DNA of 64,000 nucleotides from Clostridiales bacterium (GCA_017513085.1 JAFWDK010000009.1:85772-149771); one strand, 5' to 3'; positions 31,385 through 41,521 are shown, numbered from the stretch's first letter. The notes: generated by a model from the letters alone, not told the origin. Program-made: numbers and translations.

Positions 31385-32002
31385 ATGAAGATAGCGGTAT
31401 TTGTCAGCGGCGGTGGTACGAACCTGCAGGCGATCATCGATAAGATCCAAAGCGGGGAGATCAAAAATGTGGAGATCTCGGAAGTCATCGCCAGCAACGA
31501 TAAAGCCTATGCCATTGAGCGTGCGAAGAATGCAGGCATCCCGAGCAAGGTGATTTCGAAGAGAGAACTTGGTGATGCGTATGACGATACGACGCTTCAG
31601 GAACTGGATCATCTGGGTGTGGATCTTGTTGTTCTGGCCGGATTCCTTTCCATGCTGGGACCGAAGACTGTGGCGGCATATGCAAATCGTATTATCAATA
31701 TCCACCCGGCCCTGATCCCTGCTTTTTGCGGCAAGGGCATGTACGGCATCCGCCCGCATGAAGCGGCGCTTGCAAAAGGAGTTAAAGTGTCCGGCGCGAC
31801 TGTACATTTTGTCAATGAGAATTATGACGAGGGACCGATCATTCTTCAGAAGACAGTCGAAGTGCAACAGGACGATACTCCGGAGACTTTGCAGAAGAGG
31901 ATCATGGTGGAGTGTGAACAGGTGATCCTGCCGAAGGCGATCCAGCTGATTGCTGACGGAAAGATAGAAGTAGTTAATAATTTGGTTAGAGTCAAGCCTT
32001 AA
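31385..32002 (+). CDS. purN: Phosphoribosylglycinamide formyltransferase
   Basis: SGGGTNLQA, NIHPALIP, GATVHFV, DEGPII. Confidence 0.97.
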   Translation: MKIAVFVSGGGTNLQAIIDKIQSGEIKNVEISEVIASNDKAYAIERAKNAGIPSKVISKRELGDAYDDTTLQELDHLGVDLVVLAGFLSMLGPKTVAAYANRIINIHPALIPAFCGKGMYGIRPHEAALAKGVKVSGATVHFVNENYDEGPIILQKTVEVQQDDTPETLQKRIMVECEQVILPKAIQLIADGKIEVVNNLVRVKP

Positions 32003-32022
32003 GACTCGGAAAGGAAAACATT

Positions 32023-33567
32023 ATGATTAGAAGAGCGATTATTAGTGTATCCGACAAGACGGGCATTGCCGATTTTGCCAGAAAACTTGTTGAACTGAAT
32101 GTGGAGATCCTCTCAACCGGCGGAACAGCAAAGCTTCTGGAGAAGGAAGGCATCCCTTGTAAGGAAGTTTCCGAGATCACAGGCTTCCCGGAGTGCCTCG
32201 ACGGACGTGTAAAGACACTTCATCCGTTGATCCATGGCGGTATCCTGGCTATGCGTGGAAACCCGGAGCACATGAAGAGAGTAGAAGAACTGGGCATTGG
32301 CCTGATCGATATGATCGTTGTAAATCTCTATCCTTTCAAGGCAACTATCCAAAAGCCGGGCGTTGCTTTTGAAGAGTGCGTCGAGAACATCGACATCGGC
32401 GGACCGTCTATGCTCCGTGCAGCGGCTAAGAACCATAAGGACGTTACAGTTATTACTGATCCGGACGACTATGAGCAGGTCCTTTCCGAAATGAAGGCGA
32501 CAGGCGACACAACATATGAGACACGCTTTAAGCTCGCGAAGAAAGTATTCGAGCACACGGCAGCTTACGATGCTCTTATCGCCAACTACTTCCTGTCTGT
32601 TTCCGAAGATAAGACTCTGCCGAAGCAGTACACAGTTACTTTTGATAAGGTTGCTGAGATGCGTTACGGCGAGAACCCGCACCAGAAGGCGACTTTCTTC
32701 CAGAATGCATTGCCGGTCAAGGGTTCCCTTGCTGAAGCGAAGCAGCTCAATGGTAAGGAATTGTCCTACAACAATATTTCCGATACAGACGCGACCATCA
32801 ACTGTCTGAAGGAATTTGACGAGCCGACAGTTGTTGCGGTTAAGCACGCAAATCCGTGTGGTGTCGGTTCTGCTGACAATATCTACGATGCATGGGTAAA
32901 GGCTTACGAGGCTGACTCCGTTTCCATCTTCGGCGGTATCGTTGCTGCAAACCGTGAGATCGATGGTAAGACTGCTGCTGAAATGGCGAAGATCTTCCTG
33001 GAGGTCATCGTGGCTCCTTCCTATACACAGGAAGCTCTGGATATCCTCTGCGCGAAGAAGAACCTGCGTGTTCTCGTTCTTCCGGATATCTCTGCTCCGA
33101 TCCCGGAAGGTGAATACAACTATAAGCGCGTAAACGGTGGCCTGCTCGTTCAGGATCACGACCGTGGAATCTACGATGAGGCAGAGCTTAAGACGGTTAC
33201 CAAGACGGAGATCGATCCGGCTCTTAAGGACGATATGCTCTTTGCGATGAAGGTCGTTAAGCATGTTAAGTCTAATGGTATCGTAGTCGTCAAGAATAAG
33301 CAGACACTGGGTGTTGGCCCTGGCCAGACAAACCGTGTCGGCGCTGCGAAGATCGCTTTGGATTTTGCAGGTGAAAAGGCGAAGGGTGCGATCCTTGGTT
33401 CCGATGCTTTCTTCCCGTTCTCTGACTGCGTAGAGACAGCTCACGAGTACGGCATCACAGCAATCGTTCAGCCTGGCGGATCCATCCGTGACCAGGAGAG
33501 TATCGATGCTTGCGATAAGTACGGTATTGCGATGCTCTTCACAGGTGTACGTCATTTCAGACACTAA
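32023..33567 (+). CDS. purH: Bifunctional AICAR transformylase/IMP cyclohydrolase
   Basis: ISVSDK, GRVKTLHP, RYGENPHQ, KHANPCG, RHFRH. Confidence 0.98.
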   Translation: MIRRAIISVSDKTGIADFARKLVELNVEILSTGGTAKLLEKEGIPCKEVSEITGFPECLDGRVKTLHPLIHGGILAMRGNPEHMKRVEELGIGLIDMIVVNLYPFKATIQKPGVAFEECVENIDIGGPSMLRAAAKNHKDVTVITDPDDYEQVLSEMKATGDTTYETRFKLAKKVFEHTAAYDALIANYFLSVSEDKTLPKQYTVTFDKVAEMRYGENPHQKATFFQNALPVKGSLAEAKQLNGKELSYNNISDTDATINCLKEFDEPTVVAVKHANPCGVGSADNIYDAWVKAYEADSVSIFGGIVAANREIDGKTAAEMAKIFLEVIVAPSYTQEALDILCAKKNLRVLVLPDISAPIPEGEYNYKRVNGGLLVQDHDRGIYDEAELKTVTKTEIDPALKDDMLFAMKVVKHVKSNGIVVVKNKQTLGVGPGQTNRVGAAKIALDFAGEKAKGAILGSDAFFPFSDCVETAHEYGITAIVQPGGSIRDQESIDACDKYGIAMLFTGVRHFRH

Positions 33568-33588
33568 TACTTCATTCTAGTAACTAAG

Positions 33589-33674
33589 AGCCCCGACTGT
33601 GGGATGATTTCTTGCGATTCAGACAGTTCGCTTGCGCGAAACGCGTCGCCAGAGATATTCCCACAGCCGGGGCT
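33589..33674. other. Extended intergenic stem-loop with inner hairpin (3' stabiliser or REP-like)
   Basis: AGCCCCGACTGTGGGA ... TCCCACAGCCGGGGCT enclosing TTCGC-TTGC-GCGAA. Confidence 0.6.
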
Positions 33675-33853
33675 TCTGTATTTGCCGGGGAATGAATTCG
33701 TTAGTGCCAAATTCGCTCTATAGGCAATTATGAGTCTTCATTTGCAGACCAAAATGGAATTGCATTCCGTTCAGGGTGCTTTTTTATGGGGAAAGAAACG
33801 GGAATGAAGTGGTATAATAGCAATGTTTGAAAAATGGTTTTGGGGGGAAGACT

Positions 33854-35149
33854 ATGGATTATTCAAGTATCAGAAAACAGTACACGGCTGAACTGACGAA
33901 TTTCTACCAGGGAGGTGCTTTCCCGCAGAGAGCTTCTGCGGATCTGCGCTTCGCCTTGGATTGTCAGAGAAAGAGGGTCGCAAAGTTTGGCCTGACGATG
34001 CAGAAGAAATTCGAAAAGGACGGCGCAGAAAACGAGAAGATCTTCGAGCATGTCCAGTATCCGTATACTTATACGCTTACGAAAAATAACTGTGATTATG
34101 AGACAGATTTTTATAAGAACGGACAACAAGTAGGCCGTTCGGATATAACGGAAGAGACCCTATATACTGGAATACTGAATAAACAGAACAACGCTCAGGA
34201 ACAGTATACATGTAAAAACTGCGGACATACGGATCTTCTTTCTAAGTTTGCTTCCGGCTGTCCGATGTGTGGTACGACATATGAGATGCCACAAGTCTAT
34301 CCTTGTATTTCCGGCTACTACACAAGACCGACGGTGATAAGCAAGAAGCTCTATAAAGGGATGATGAAGGGCGGTTTCTGGTATTTCGGCCTTCTTGGCG
34401 CCATTTTCGGTACATTGGCAGGCCTTGCGATTGCTGAAGAACAAGGACTGGAAGGCGGACAAGCTTTTGCAATGGTCCTCTTTACGATCTTGGTTTTCGG
34501 AGGAGGTCTGCTGCTTTTCGGCTTCGTCTTTTTCCATCTGCTGCTGGGACCACTTCTGGCAGCAAAAAAAGCAACGCAGGTTAGTAAAGAAGTAAAAGAG
34601 AACCGTGCAGGTGCGGAGACAAAATCGAGAATGGAAGCGGATCTGAAGAAGTACGATGAAGGTTTTTCTTATGAATACTTTGAAGAAAAAGTGCTTTCAC
34701 TTCTTCGAGGCATCGTTTTTTCGGAGAATCGAAACGCATTGACGATCTATGACGGTCAGGATCCGCTTCAGTATATGAATAATATCGTAGATGTAGAGTA
34801 TTGTGGCACTCTCGAATATGTAGGAAGCAGTGTTGTCGATAATGTTCTTCGCGTAAGTGCCAAAGCCTATGTTGTCAGCGCATGTTATGACAATTCGACC
34901 GGGAGAGTAGATTTTAATAAGCAGGTCTATCAAATGATCCTTGCAAAAAAGGTGAAGAAAGAAGACTATGGTTTCTCGATCCACGCGGTTAATTGCAAGA
35001 AGTGCGCCGGTTCTTTTGACGCGATCCATGTCAGCACATGTCCGTACTGCGGCGCGACCTATTCCTTGATTGAAGATAACTGGGTCGTAAACCAGATCAC
35101 TTGTGTCAAGACAACTCCGCAATATTTGATTCCGCAGAATACAATCTAA
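33854..35149 (+). CDS. Membrane protein with two Zn ribbons and Tim44/NTF2-like domain(s)
   Basis: CKNCG..CPMCG; 2 TM; YDEGFSYEYFEEKV; CKKCA..CPYCG..NWVVNQI. Confidence 0.7.
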   Translation: MDYSSIRKQYTAELTNFYQGGAFPQRASADLRFALDCQRKRVAKFGLTMQKKFEKDGAENEKIFEHVQYPYTYTLTKNNCDYETDFYKNGQQVGRSDITEETLYTGILNKQNNAQEQYTCKNCGHTDLLSKFASGCPMCGTTYEMPQVYPCISGYYTRPTVISKKLYKGMMKGGFWYFGLLGAIFGTLAGLAIAEEQGLEGGQAFAMVLFTILVFGGGLLLFGFVFFHLLLGPLLAAKKATQVSKEVKENRAGAETKSRMEADLKKYDEGFSYEYFEEKVLSLLRGIVFSENRNALTIYDGQDPLQYMNNIVDVEYCGTLEYVGSSVVDNVLRVSAKAYVVSACYDNSTGRVDFNKQVYQMILAKKVKKEDYGFSIHAVNCKKCAGSFDAIHVSTCPYCGATYSLIEDNWVVNQITCVKTTPQYLIPQNTI

Positions 35150-35258
35150 AAGCACTTGGTGGTGGTATTTTCCGATGGGTTTGTTATAATGAATTGTCAG
35201 GTCCGTGGAGGTGCGTTTCTGCGAACCGGAAGACAAACAAGATACCCGGAGGTAATTC

Positions 35259-36512
35259 ATGAAGGTTTTAGTAGTAGGCGGCGGTGGCCGTGAACATGCA
35301 ATCTGTTGGAAACTGAAGCAGAGTCCGAGAGTTACGGAGCTTTATTGCGCACCGGGTAACGGTGGTATCGCGGAGATCGCAACATGTGTGCCGATCAAGG
35401 CAACAGACGTGGAAGCCATGGTGGAATATGCGAAGAAAGAACAGTTCGATCTCGTATTTGTAGCTCCGGACGATCCGCTGGCTCTGGGTATGGTAGATAA
35501 GATGGAAGAAGCCGGACTTCGTGCTTTCGGTCCGCATGCAAATGCTGCGATCATAGAAGCGTCCAAGGCTTTTTCAAAAGAACTGATGAAGAAATACAAC
35601 ATCCCGACGGCGAAGTACCAGACATTCACCAATCAGGACGAGGCGCTCGCATATCTTGAGACGCAGGATATGCCGATCGTTATTAAGGCCGATGGTCTGG
35701 CGCTCGGTAAGGGCGTTATCATTGCCCAGACTCTTGATGAAGCCAAGAAGGCGGTCATCTCCATGATGAGCGATGGTGTATTCGGTAAATCCGGAAGTAC
35801 AGTCGTAATCGAAGAATGCATGGTTGGTCCGGAAATGACACTTCTGGCTTTTGCTGACGGAAAGACCGTTATCCCGATGATTACATCCCGTGACCACAAG
35901 CGTGCTTATGACCATGACGAGGGTCTCAATACCGGTGGTATGGGTGCAGTGACTCCGGGTGCGGATCTGACAGCAGAAGACGAGAAGAAAATCTACGATA
36001 CGATCGTGGAGCCTACGATAAAAGCACTGGCTGCAGAGGGACGTCCGTTCAAGGGTGTCATCTACTATGGTCTCATGCTGACCAAAGACGGTGCGAAGGT
36101 CGTCGAATATAATGCACGTTTCGGCGATCCGGAGTGCCAGGCGATCCTGCCGCGTATGGAAAATGATCTGATGGAACTGGTGGATGCCTGCATCGATGGC
36201 ACACTGGATCAGGTAGATCTGAAGTGGAAGCCGGGCTGCTCCTGTGTCGTTGTTATGGCCAGTGGCGGATATCCGGAGAAGTACGATAAGGGTTATGAGA
36301 TCACAGGCATTAAGGAATGTGGACACCTTGTGTTCCAGGCCGGTACCGCCCTTAAGGATGGAAAACTAGTGACATCCGGCGGTCGTGTGCTCTGCGTCTA
36401 TGCAGACGGCGCGACAATGGATGAAGCGATCGATTCCGCATACGAAGGTGTGAAGAAGATCTCTTTCGAGAAAGCTCACTTTAGAACAGATATCGGCAGA
36501 ACACTGGGATAA
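35259..36512 (+). CDS. purD: Phosphoribosylamine-glycine ligase
   Basis: GGGGREHA, KADGLALGKGV, NTGGMG, EYNARFGDPE. Confidence 0.98.
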   Translation: MKVLVVGGGGREHAICWKLKQSPRVTELYCAPGNGGIAEIATCVPIKATDVEAMVEYAKKEQFDLVFVAPDDPLALGMVDKMEEAGLRAFGPHANAAIIEASKAFSKELMKKYNIPTAKYQTFTNQDEALAYLETQDMPIVIKADGLALGKGVIIAQTLDEAKKAVISMMSDGVFGKSGSTVVIEECMVGPEMTLLAFADGKTVIPMITSRDHKRAYDHDEGLNTGGMGAVTPGADLTAEDEKKIYDTIVEPTIKALAAEGRPFKGVIYYGLMLTKDGAKVVEYNARFGDPECQAILPRMENDLMELVDACIDGTLDQVDLKWKPGCSCVVVMASGGYPEKYDKGYEITGIKECGHLVFQAGTALKDGKLVTSGGRVLCVYADGATMDEAIDSAYEGVKKISFEKAHFRTDIGRTLG

Positions 36513-36645
36513 GTGAAGCGCCGATTCGTATCACCGCGCCGGGCAAGTGGAACGATGCTTCGTTTCGCACCGGGGCTTCCGGGATAAGTGCTTTTCGTGT
36601 ATGGGCGGTATGACCGGGATCTAAACGGGGAAGAGGAGGTTCTCG

Positions 36646-38256
36646 ATGATTAAGAAGATTGCTTTTATCGCACTGGGAGTTTTCCTGTTTTTCGTCGGAC
36701 TCGGTCTGATCGATGTGTACCTGTCGGATCCGGAGATCCGATCGGATACGTCGTCTCTGGTGATCGGTATGATCCTCGGGATCGGTGTGGGCATCACGGG
36801 TATCGTTCTTACTGTGATCCATTCTTTAGATCTTCGTGATATGCTCCGGGAGAAGCGTGGCTTGAAAAACCAGATTGCCAAGGAGCTTCGTTCGGAGTTG
36901 TGCCCGGATTTCTATAAGATCACGGAAGATAAGACTGAATTTGAGCATCTGCTGCGGTCGTTCCGTAAGGATTATGCGGACTTCTTTTCCCATACAGGCG
37001 TGCAGGAAAACGACGCGATCCAGAAGGATGCGACACAGCTTTACTGGCATATCCTTTCTCTTCAGAAGAACCGGCTCGACAGTAAGGAGATCGGGATGAA
37101 GTTTACTTCGGAACGGCTGGGTTACGGAAGTACGCCGCCGGTCCGGAAGAAGTCTTTCTTCGACGGGAAGTATAAGATCTCGGAAGTGTCGGAGACGGTG
37201 GAGGCGAAGGCGGAATTTCTAAAGCCTGACGGGAAGAAGATCCATGTCCGTAAGTGTGTGGAGACTGCGACTTACCGGATCTTAGGTGCATCCATTAATA
37301 CTTCTGCGGAAGTGATCTGCCCGAACTGTGGAAGCCCGTCGACGAGGGAAGACCTCATCGATGGTTGCGATTACTGCGGGACGAAGTTTACGGTGGAGGA
37401 TCTGGATAACCGTGTGGCCGAGTTCGGGCTGCAGCATGACAGTGATGTCGAGTATGCAAAATACCAGGAGCGACGGGCGAAGCTGATCCCGATGGTGGCG
37501 CTGATCGTAGCCATTCCGACTTTTCTGATCACGCTGACCATGAGTATCATCAATACGATCTCCAAGGATTACGGGATCCTGATCAACATCCCGGCGGTGC
37601 TTCTGGCGGCCGGTCTGGTGACGTTTATGGTCGTGATCCTGGCCGAGCTCATTTTTATCGTTTACGGGCTTCCGCTGATTCAGGGAATCGCCTCTTTCCG
37701 GTTCATGAGCGCCCGGATGATCAAGAAGATGAAGGCCCGGAATAAGAAAAACGAGGAGTTCGCCAATTCAATCCGTCAGCATGATCCGCTGTTTTCGGTG
37801 AACGGATTCTATTCGAACCTGATCAATAAGCTGTCTGTGATCCATTATTCCCGGGGAACAGAAGATGCATCTGCTTTTGTCGAGAGTAAGACGGCGGAAG
37901 AACAGGTGGCTTCGGTGATCACGTCATATCAGGATGTGATCGACATGCAGGTCGACTCGATCAAGATCCAGGGATATAAGGTGGGAGACCCCCTGCAGGA
38001 ACTGAATGTGAAAGTTCAGCTTCTGCTTCTGAATAATAAAGGTAATAGTGTTTCTACCAAAAAAGAAACGGTGTACCTTACACTTGTTAAGGATGCGGCT
38101 TGTAAGACTCAGGCAGTCTGTGCGCCGTCCTTTACGAACTGTAAGCAATGTGGAGCACCGATGTCGCTTATGGCGGGCAGGGTCTGTAACTATTGCGGTC
38201 ATGCAAGAAGACTCGCCGAGTATGACTGGGCGATCCGGAACTATAAGATCCTGTAA
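36646..38256 (+). CDS. Paralogous membrane protein with two Zn ribbons and Tim44/NTF2-like domain(s)
   Basis: N-terminal 2 TM; CPNCG..CDYCG; 2 TM; HDPLFSVNGF; CKQCG..CNYCG..DWAI. Confidence 0.7.
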   Translation: MIKKIAFIALGVFLFFVGLGLIDVYLSDPEIRSDTSSLVIGMILGIGVGITGIVLTVIHSLDLRDMLREKRGLKNQIAKELRSELCPDFYKITEDKTEFEHLLRSFRKDYADFFSHTGVQENDAIQKDATQLYWHILSLQKNRLDSKEIGMKFTSERLGYGSTPPVRKKSFFDGKYKISEVSETVEAKAEFLKPDGKKIHVRKCVETATYRILGASINTSAEVICPNCGSPSTREDLIDGCDYCGTKFTVEDLDNRVAEFGLQHDSDVEYAKYQERRAKLIPMVALIVAIPTFLITLTMSIINTISKDYGILINIPAVLLAAGLVTFMVVILAELIFIVYGLPLIQGIASFRFMSARMIKKMKARNKKNEEFANSIRQHDPLFSVNGFYSNLINKLSVIHYSRGTEDASAFVESKTAEEQVASVITSYQDVIDMQVDSIKIQGYKVGDPLQELNVKVQLLLLNNKGNSVSTKKETVYLTLVKDAACKTQAVCAPSFTNCKQCGAPMSLMAGRVCNYCGHARRLAEYDWAIRNYKIL

Positions 38257-38344
38257 GATTTCACGGCGTGTTCTCCGTTCGGAAAGAAAAGTAGTATAAT
38301 ATTTCTGGATTTCAGAAACGACCCAAAGAAGGGAGAAATAGATT

Positions 38345-39532
38345 TTGAAGATCGGAATCTACGGCGGGGCATTTGACCCTTTCCACAACGGACATCTTTC
38401 CATGATCAGAGGTGCGATTGCCAGCAAGAAGGTAGATCGCGTGATCGTGATCCCTACGGGGATGCCGTGTTTTAAACCGGCACGAAAGGTGACTTTATCT
38501 CCATATCGTTACTATATGGTCAAATCTGCACTCAAGGATGAACCCAAGTGTGAGGTTTGCGATATTGAGCAAGTGTTCGGCGAACCCAGCTATACGGTTA
38601 CGACATTGCAAAAACTCCGACAGCAGAAGGTGGTTTCGGAGAAAGACGAACTGTTCCTGATGTGCGGTTCGGATATTCTTTTCGAATTTGAGTCGTGGTA
38701 TAAGCCTGATGAGATACTGAAACAAGCAAATCTGCTATGCGCGGTACGCCCCGGTATGGACGAGGGAGCAGTCCGCAATGAGGCATCCCATCTGGAAGAG
38801 CATTTTAAGACGAAGATCAGGTTTTTCAAGATCGATGGAGTTAAGGTGGCTTCAAGTGTTCTGCGAAAGGATGGAAACTACGAGAATGTTCCTGCCGTGG
38901 TGAGTGCTTTTATCAAGACAAACGGCCTCTACTGTGAGGATGCGCCGTTGATGCATGTTTCCGATGAGATGTATAAGACGCTGATGGCGCATAGTTTTAC
39001 GCTTTTCCGAGAAATGAGCGGGAAGAGGCTTCTCCATAGCATGAATGTATGTATCCTGGCTACACGTTATGCTCTCCGATTTGGAGCGGATCCGGATAAG
39101 TGCGCACTGGCGGCGCTTCTCCATGATTGTGCAAAAGAACTTCCTGAACAACAGCAGATCGATCTTGCATCGGAGATCATCCACGGATATATTCCGGGCA
39201 AACAGATCCTGCATTCACCGGCCGGCGCCGTCTATGCACGGCATCACTATGGCGTGGAAGATCAGGAGGTGCTCGATGCGATCCAGTTCCATACTGTCGG
39301 CCGTGAGATCATGACGATAACGGACAAGATCGTCTATCTGGCCGATAAGCTAGAGCCGGCCAGGGATTATGATGATCTTTCCTTGATCCGTGAACTGGCC
39401 GAACATGACTTAAATGCGGCTTTGATCGAGTGCTACTGCGCGATCAAAGAGAGCTTCGCGAGAAAAGGACAAGTGATCCATGAGGATACACAGAGATCGC
39501 TGGCGTATCTTCTTGCTAACCGTTCCCAGTGA
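38345..39532 (+). CDS. nadD: Fused nicotinate-nucleotide adenylyltransferase NadD / YqeK Ap4A hydrolase
   Basis: TTG start; GGAFDPFHNGH, SYTVTTL, GSD, VASS; HD domain RLLHS..LLHDCAKE..HTVG..YLADKLE. Confidence 0.9.
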   Translation: MKIGIYGGAFDPFHNGHLSMIRGAIASKKVDRVIVIPTGMPCFKPARKVTLSPYRYYMVKSALKDEPKCEVCDIEQVFGEPSYTVTTLQKLRQQKVVSEKDELFLMCGSDILFEFESWYKPDEILKQANLLCAVRPGMDEGAVRNEASHLEEHFKTKIRFFKIDGVKVASSVLRKDGNYENVPAVVSAFIKTNGLYCEDAPLMHVSDEMYKTLMAHSFTLFREMSGKRLLHSMNVCILATRYALRFGADPDKCALAALLHDCAKELPEQQQIDLASEIIHGYIPGKQILHSPAGAVYARHHYGVEDQEVLDAIQFHTVGREIMTITDKIVYLADKLEPARDYDDLSLIRELAEHDLNAALIECYCAIKESFARKGQVIHEDTQRSLAYLLANRSQ

Positions 39533-39666
39533 AGGGGGCGGCACCATCAGCTCTAGCCGGGAAATGAAAACGGATAAGTGCTTTTGAAGAAGAACGATTT
39601 ACGTGTATAATAGAAACAAGATAAATATTCGTAGTAGAGAGCTACGTAGGGTCTGGGAGGAAGTAA

Positions 39667-40005
39667 ATGGAAATAAAAGAAATGGCAAATGCGATCGTGA
39701 CGATCCTGGAGAACAAGAAAGCGATTGACGTGGAGTTGATCCCTGTTGCTGAGAAGACTGTGTTGGCTGATTATTTTGTTATCTGCTCGGGTACTTCTTC
39801 GACACATATCAAGGCTCTCGCGGATGAAGTCGAGTTCATGATGAAGCGTGATCATGATATTGTTCCGGATCATATTGAAGGTCGTGATACAGCCAGATGG
39901 ATCCTTCTGGACTATAAAGATGTAGTCGTACATATTTTCCATCCGGAGGAGCGTCAGAATTATAGTCTGGAGAAACTCTGGGAGATGAAGAAATCTGCAG
40001 AATAA
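39667..40005 (+). CDS. rsfS: Ribosome silencing factor RsfS
   Basis: ADYFVICSG, WILLDYKDVVVHIF, YSLEKLW. Confidence 0.96.
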   Translation: MEIKEMANAIVTILENKKAIDVELIPVAEKTVLADYFVICSGTSSTHIKALADEVEFMMKRDHDIVPDHIEGRDTARWILLDYKDVVVHIFHPEERQNYSLEKLWEMKKSAE

Positions 40006-40023
40006 GTCTGCTGAATAAGTGCT

Positions 40024-40827
40024 GTGAAAAAGAAAGCATCGAATGTAATTATTCTCCTTGTTTTCTGTGTCTGGATCACAGTTATTATCGTTTGCCTTGT
40101 TAAGATCGTTCGTGCAGAACGTTACAGTATTTCGTATGGGAATTTCCCCCGAATAACTATTACAGATGATAGTTTTAATGCATTTTCCGTAGAGGGAAGC
40201 GGTAGGAGCGACTTTGCGCCTGGACCGGATGAGGAGATTCGTTTCCATCGTTTCGGAGCAGGTGACATATTCGGTGATTTTGGTTACAGGATCGAGGATG
40301 GGTGCATTTTTACCGGGGATGGTACCCATAACAGATATATCGACATCGAAAATTCGCATGTTTTTCGAGTTAGTGAAGGGAAGAAGATTGAGTTAAATAA
40401 ATATGAAATCTCTGCCTTGTTGCTTCGGGTGACCGAGGGAACTTCTGAAAATGTTAAGTTTACAGCTATCCTTAGTGGCGAACAATATAAAAACTTCAAA
40501 GGTGTCGAGTGTGCCGGTGAATATGAAGGTGTGCTTGCCATCAATAAATCCGTGATATCTATTCCTTGTGAGTCTACTGACTTTGAGAAAGTCCGGGCAA
40601 AAGTGATCAAAGAACAGCTTCCCCACCTCATATTCTGTGTTTTCATATCGCTTCTGGCATTCGCCGTGGTTTCGATTCCGTTGATCGCATTGGCAAAAAA
40701 TAGGGCTATGATAGGTTTGCTGATCTATTTTATAACCATGCTTGTTGCCGTGATCATAGTCGTCCATTTCTTTTGCGATATTTGTTATTCAGCAATCGGG
40801 GTGAACTATTCGGAATACTTTTGGTGA
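40024..40827 (+). CDS. Hypothetical membrane protein
   Basis: GTG-start 267-aa ORF; N-terminal TM and two C-terminal TM. Confidence 0.6.
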   Translation: MKKKASNVIILLVFCVWITVIIVCLVKIVRAERYSISYGNFPRITITDDSFNAFSVEGSGRSDFAPGPDEEIRFHRFGAGDIFGDFGYRIEDGCIFTGDGTHNRYIDIENSHVFRVSEGKKIELNKYEISALLLRVTEGTSENVKFTAILSGEQYKNFKGVECAGEYEGVLAINKSVISIPCESTDFEKVRAKVIKEQLPHLIFCVFISLLAFAVVSIPLIALAKNRAMIGLLIYFITMLVAVIIVVHFFCDICYSAIGVNYSEYFW

Positions 40828-40900
40828 CAAATGCTCATCCGACTTGTGAGACTCCGGGAGACGGAGAAGCCCGATGAGTACACTTTCTTATTAAATGTAT

Positions 40901-40952
40901 TCAAGTTTAACTTGAGTTCGTTCTTGAAACTTCTATTCCCACTCGCTACAAT
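40901..40952 (+). promoter_or_regulatory. Palindromic operator plus sigmaA-type promoter
   Basis: TCAAGTT-T-AACTTGA (40901-40915); TTGAAA (40924), 17 nt, TACAAT (40947). Confidence 0.7.
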
Positions 40953-40996
40953 GAAAACGTAAGATCCTCTATTCTATAGATGAAGGAGGTGATTAC

Positions 40997-41512
40997 ATGA
41001 AAACAACAGATATCAAGTACTATTTGATTCGAGGCAAGACACTCGCCAAGAGGGAAGAAGGTTACAACTGCTTCTTGTTCAATGATGGTAAGTGGGATTG
41101 GGATGAGAAGAATGTGCTCTTAGATCGTCTTGTTGGTTACGATCCTGACGAGCCTGATGATTCCCCGTACAAGACCGGCAGCTCTTGCGTAATGAATGAG
41201 ATAGAAGAACTGACATTCGAAGAAGCCATGAGGATCCTCAATGAGAAGACGATCGGGTTTCTCATCAGAAAGTGGAAAGACGATCTGGCAGCGGTGAAGA
41301 CGGAATGGGATGAGAAGCCCGGTTGGCCGGCCAAATTGGTGACGACGTCTTTTATTCTGAATGGAATGAAGTACACCCTTGTTCCGGAAGACCTCGGTCT
41401 GACAGATGATTGCTGGGACCAGGGCTTGATGGAAAAGTTCCAAGGCGAGATTTGTAAAGTCTTGAAAAAATACGGCGCAACGAGTGTAGTAAACAGCGGG
41501 TTTATTGATTAG
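40997..41512 (+). CDS. Hypothetical two-domain protein, N-domain resembling small phage immunity proteins
   Basis: Strong AAGGAGGTG RBS; YY...W...DRLVGYD...EIEELTFEEA pattern. Confidence 0.7.
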   Translation: MKTTDIKYYLIRGKTLAKREEGYNCFLFNDGKWDWDEKNVLLDRLVGYDPDEPDDSPYKTGSSCVMNEIEELTFEEAMRILNEKTIGFLIRKWKDDLAAVKTEWDEKPGWPAKLVTTSFILNGMKYTLVPEDLGLTDDCWDQGLMEKFQGEICKVLKKYGATSVVNSGFID

Positions 41513-41521
41513 GAGAGTACC

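Noticed and set aside
32113-33564. Long antisense ORF (483 aa) opposite purH, and similar ones opposite typA, U32 and glgP
   Set aside because: Shadow ORFs from the codon bias of conserved genes; no motifs or RBS
36513-36645. GC-rich spacer after purD containing CCGCGCCGGGCA, reminiscent of the 3' end of a ZMP/ZTP riboswitch
   Set aside because: The 5' aptamer elements (GACTGGCG, GTGG..CCAC) are not recognisable, and it lies downstream of the pur gene
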